From the IMG/VR virus record IMGVR_UViG_3300033177_000258: 64,000 bases of DNA; one strand, written 5' to 3'. The DNA is from a virus. Taxonomy: Duplodnaviria > Caudoviricetes. This document shows, piece after piece, positions 63,001 through 64,000 of this stretch; positions within the stretch are counted from its first letter, which is position 1, and each line of letters starts with the position of its first letter. The notes under the pieces were generated by a model. The model was not told where the DNA came from. It searched no databases and saw nothing but the letters and a program-made list of their open reading frames with translations. The position numbers and the translations under genes are program-made.

Positions 63001-63014
63001 GAAGTATTTCGTGC
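63001..63014 (-). promoter_or_regulatory. Promoter-like motif GCACGAAATACTTC, 7 nt before the tnpB ATG
   Basis: AATACT-TCCAGTG-ATG, the same geometry as AATACT-TCCAGAC-ATG before the other tnpB. Confidence 0.55.
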
Positions 63015-63030
63015 TACAGGGAGTAGCGAC

Positions 63031-64000
63031 ATGAGACAGGCAGCCGTATTGACCAGCGTACCCATCCATCTGCTCGGGGAGGGGCAGCGTATCCCGCAGA
63101 TGCTGGGGCGCCTAAGCGAGCTGCCCGGCGTCGAGACGCACGTTGTGGAGACGCACATCTACGTGCCCGGCGCCGGCGCCGTCTACACCGGGGAGAAGGT
63201 CAAGGAGGCTCTCGACACCATCTTGCGTCAGGGCCCCACGGTCATCATCATCGCCCAGCCAGTGGCAGCGGCGCTACCCGCATTGTTGGAAGCGCAGAAG
63301 CGCGGGGCTAAACTGGTGTACGACCGCTTCGAGAGCTGGAAGGACTTCCCCGGCAACGAGACCTGGTACCGCCCCCAGCAAGAGACCGCCATCATTGTGG
63401 CCAGCGATGGCCTGGTCTCGACCTACCGCGACTCGCTCTTCGATTCCTATGACCGCCCCAAGCTGCTGCTGCCGAACGCCGCCAGCGACGCGCCACTGTG
63501 GCCCCAGACACAACTCAAGGGCTCGCGCGGCCGCAGTGTGGCTCTGGCCAGCTCGGCCGTGTACGTGGGGAGCATGGACCCCCGCTACATAGACATGGAC
63601 GCCATGCGCCATGTGGGAGAGGCGCGCCCGAGCGCCTTCTACGGCAAGCCTCCGGGCCAGCGCATCATGGAGGACGGGATGTCGCCGGTGCAGTACGGCG
63701 CCTCGGGCTGGCTGGTGGGTTGGGTGAACCATGTCAACCTGAGCTTCGCGCTCGCCTCCGGCGACGGCAAGTACAATGACCGGCGCAAGGTGGGTTTGCT
63801 CCCGTTCCTCGACATCCCGTTGACCGAGAAGGTCTCCCCCATCAAGTGGTGGGAGTACCTGCTGGCCGGCGTTCGCCCGGTCACCATGCACCTGAGCCAG
63901 GTCGCGGAAATGCCCTTCGGCGTCTACACCGACGACATCAACGCGTTCCTGTACGCGGCCATCACCGCTGCCCCGTTCTCCGATGAGGAAGCTCGCGAGG
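63031..64000 (+). CDS. GT-B (GT4-like) glycosyltransferase, 3' end outside window
   Basis: Not in the ORF track because it has no stop in the window. Translates MRQAAVLTSVP...KLVYDRFESW...LLPNAA...VYVGSM...VGLLPF...SPIKWWEYLLAG. Confidence 0.85.
   Translation, partial: MRQAAVLTSVPIHLLGEGQRIPQMLGRLSELPGVETHVVETHIYVPGAGAVYTGEKVKEALDTILRQGPTVIIIAQPVAAALPALLEAQKRGAKLVYDRFESWKDFPGNETWYRPQQETAIIVASDGLVSTYRDSLFDSYDRPKLLLPNAASDAPLWPQTQLKGSRGRSVALASSAVYVGSMDPRYIDMDAMRHVGEARPSAFYGKPPGQRIMEDGMSPVQYGASGWLVGWVNHVNLSFALASGDGKYNDRRKVGLLPFLDIPLTEKVSPIKWWEYLLAGVRPVTMHLSQVAEMPFGVYTDDINAFLYAAITAAPFSDEEARE

Larger units (their letters stand above)
61799..63054 (-). mobile_element. tnpB-only element apparently carrying a recoded replacement of its target gene start
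   Basis: The right-end-like tail GAAGCCGCTTAGGTGGCAGCGTCA abuts the old gene start. The left side has the hairpin GCTAC-AGGGA-GTAGC and the recoded codons. The left boundary is inferred. Confidence 0.65.

Noticed and set aside
1-64000. Stop-codon reassignment, as in some large phages
   Set aside because: Genes are full length in the standard code, and TAG, TAA and TGA all end genes at tight junctions.

Overview
This is a 64-kb slice of a large, high-GC (roughly 63-65% by eye) tailed bacteriophage genome or prophage; the host cannot be determined. From left to right: (1) a virion tail module (1-45 kb) with a 5'-truncated giant tape-measure protein (>3,870 aa), a hub-like protein and four more 1,300-1,700 aa structural proteins. 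Embedded in it are a glycosylation/NDP-heptose cassette (glycosyltransferases, epimerase, HddA-, GmhB- and HddC-like enzymes) and an S8 protease split by a LAGLIDADG intein. (2) PhoH. (3) A minus-strand operon in which a sigma70-type promoter drives five tandem Y-RNA-like hairpins, one with a circularly permuted tRNA module, followed by a Ro60/TROVE gene. (4) A cluster of eight 25-bp palindromic elements, probably the origin. (5) A replication module (DnaB-like helicase, AEP primase, SSB-like protein, sigma-like factor, PD-(D/E)XK nuclease) with a second, truncated TROVE-like gene and more glycosyltransferases. There are two intact tnpB genes, two tnpB 3' remnants that keep the omega-RNA end, and no tnpA. 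The most striking observations are (a) the tnpB at 61.8-63.0 kb, whose predicted guide is the abandoned 5' end of a glycosyltransferase gene while a synonymously recoded replacement 5' end lies on the other side of the element, and (b) the Ro60 plus modular Y-RNA array carrying anticodon-loop-like cargo. All calls come from reading motifs; no database search was run.
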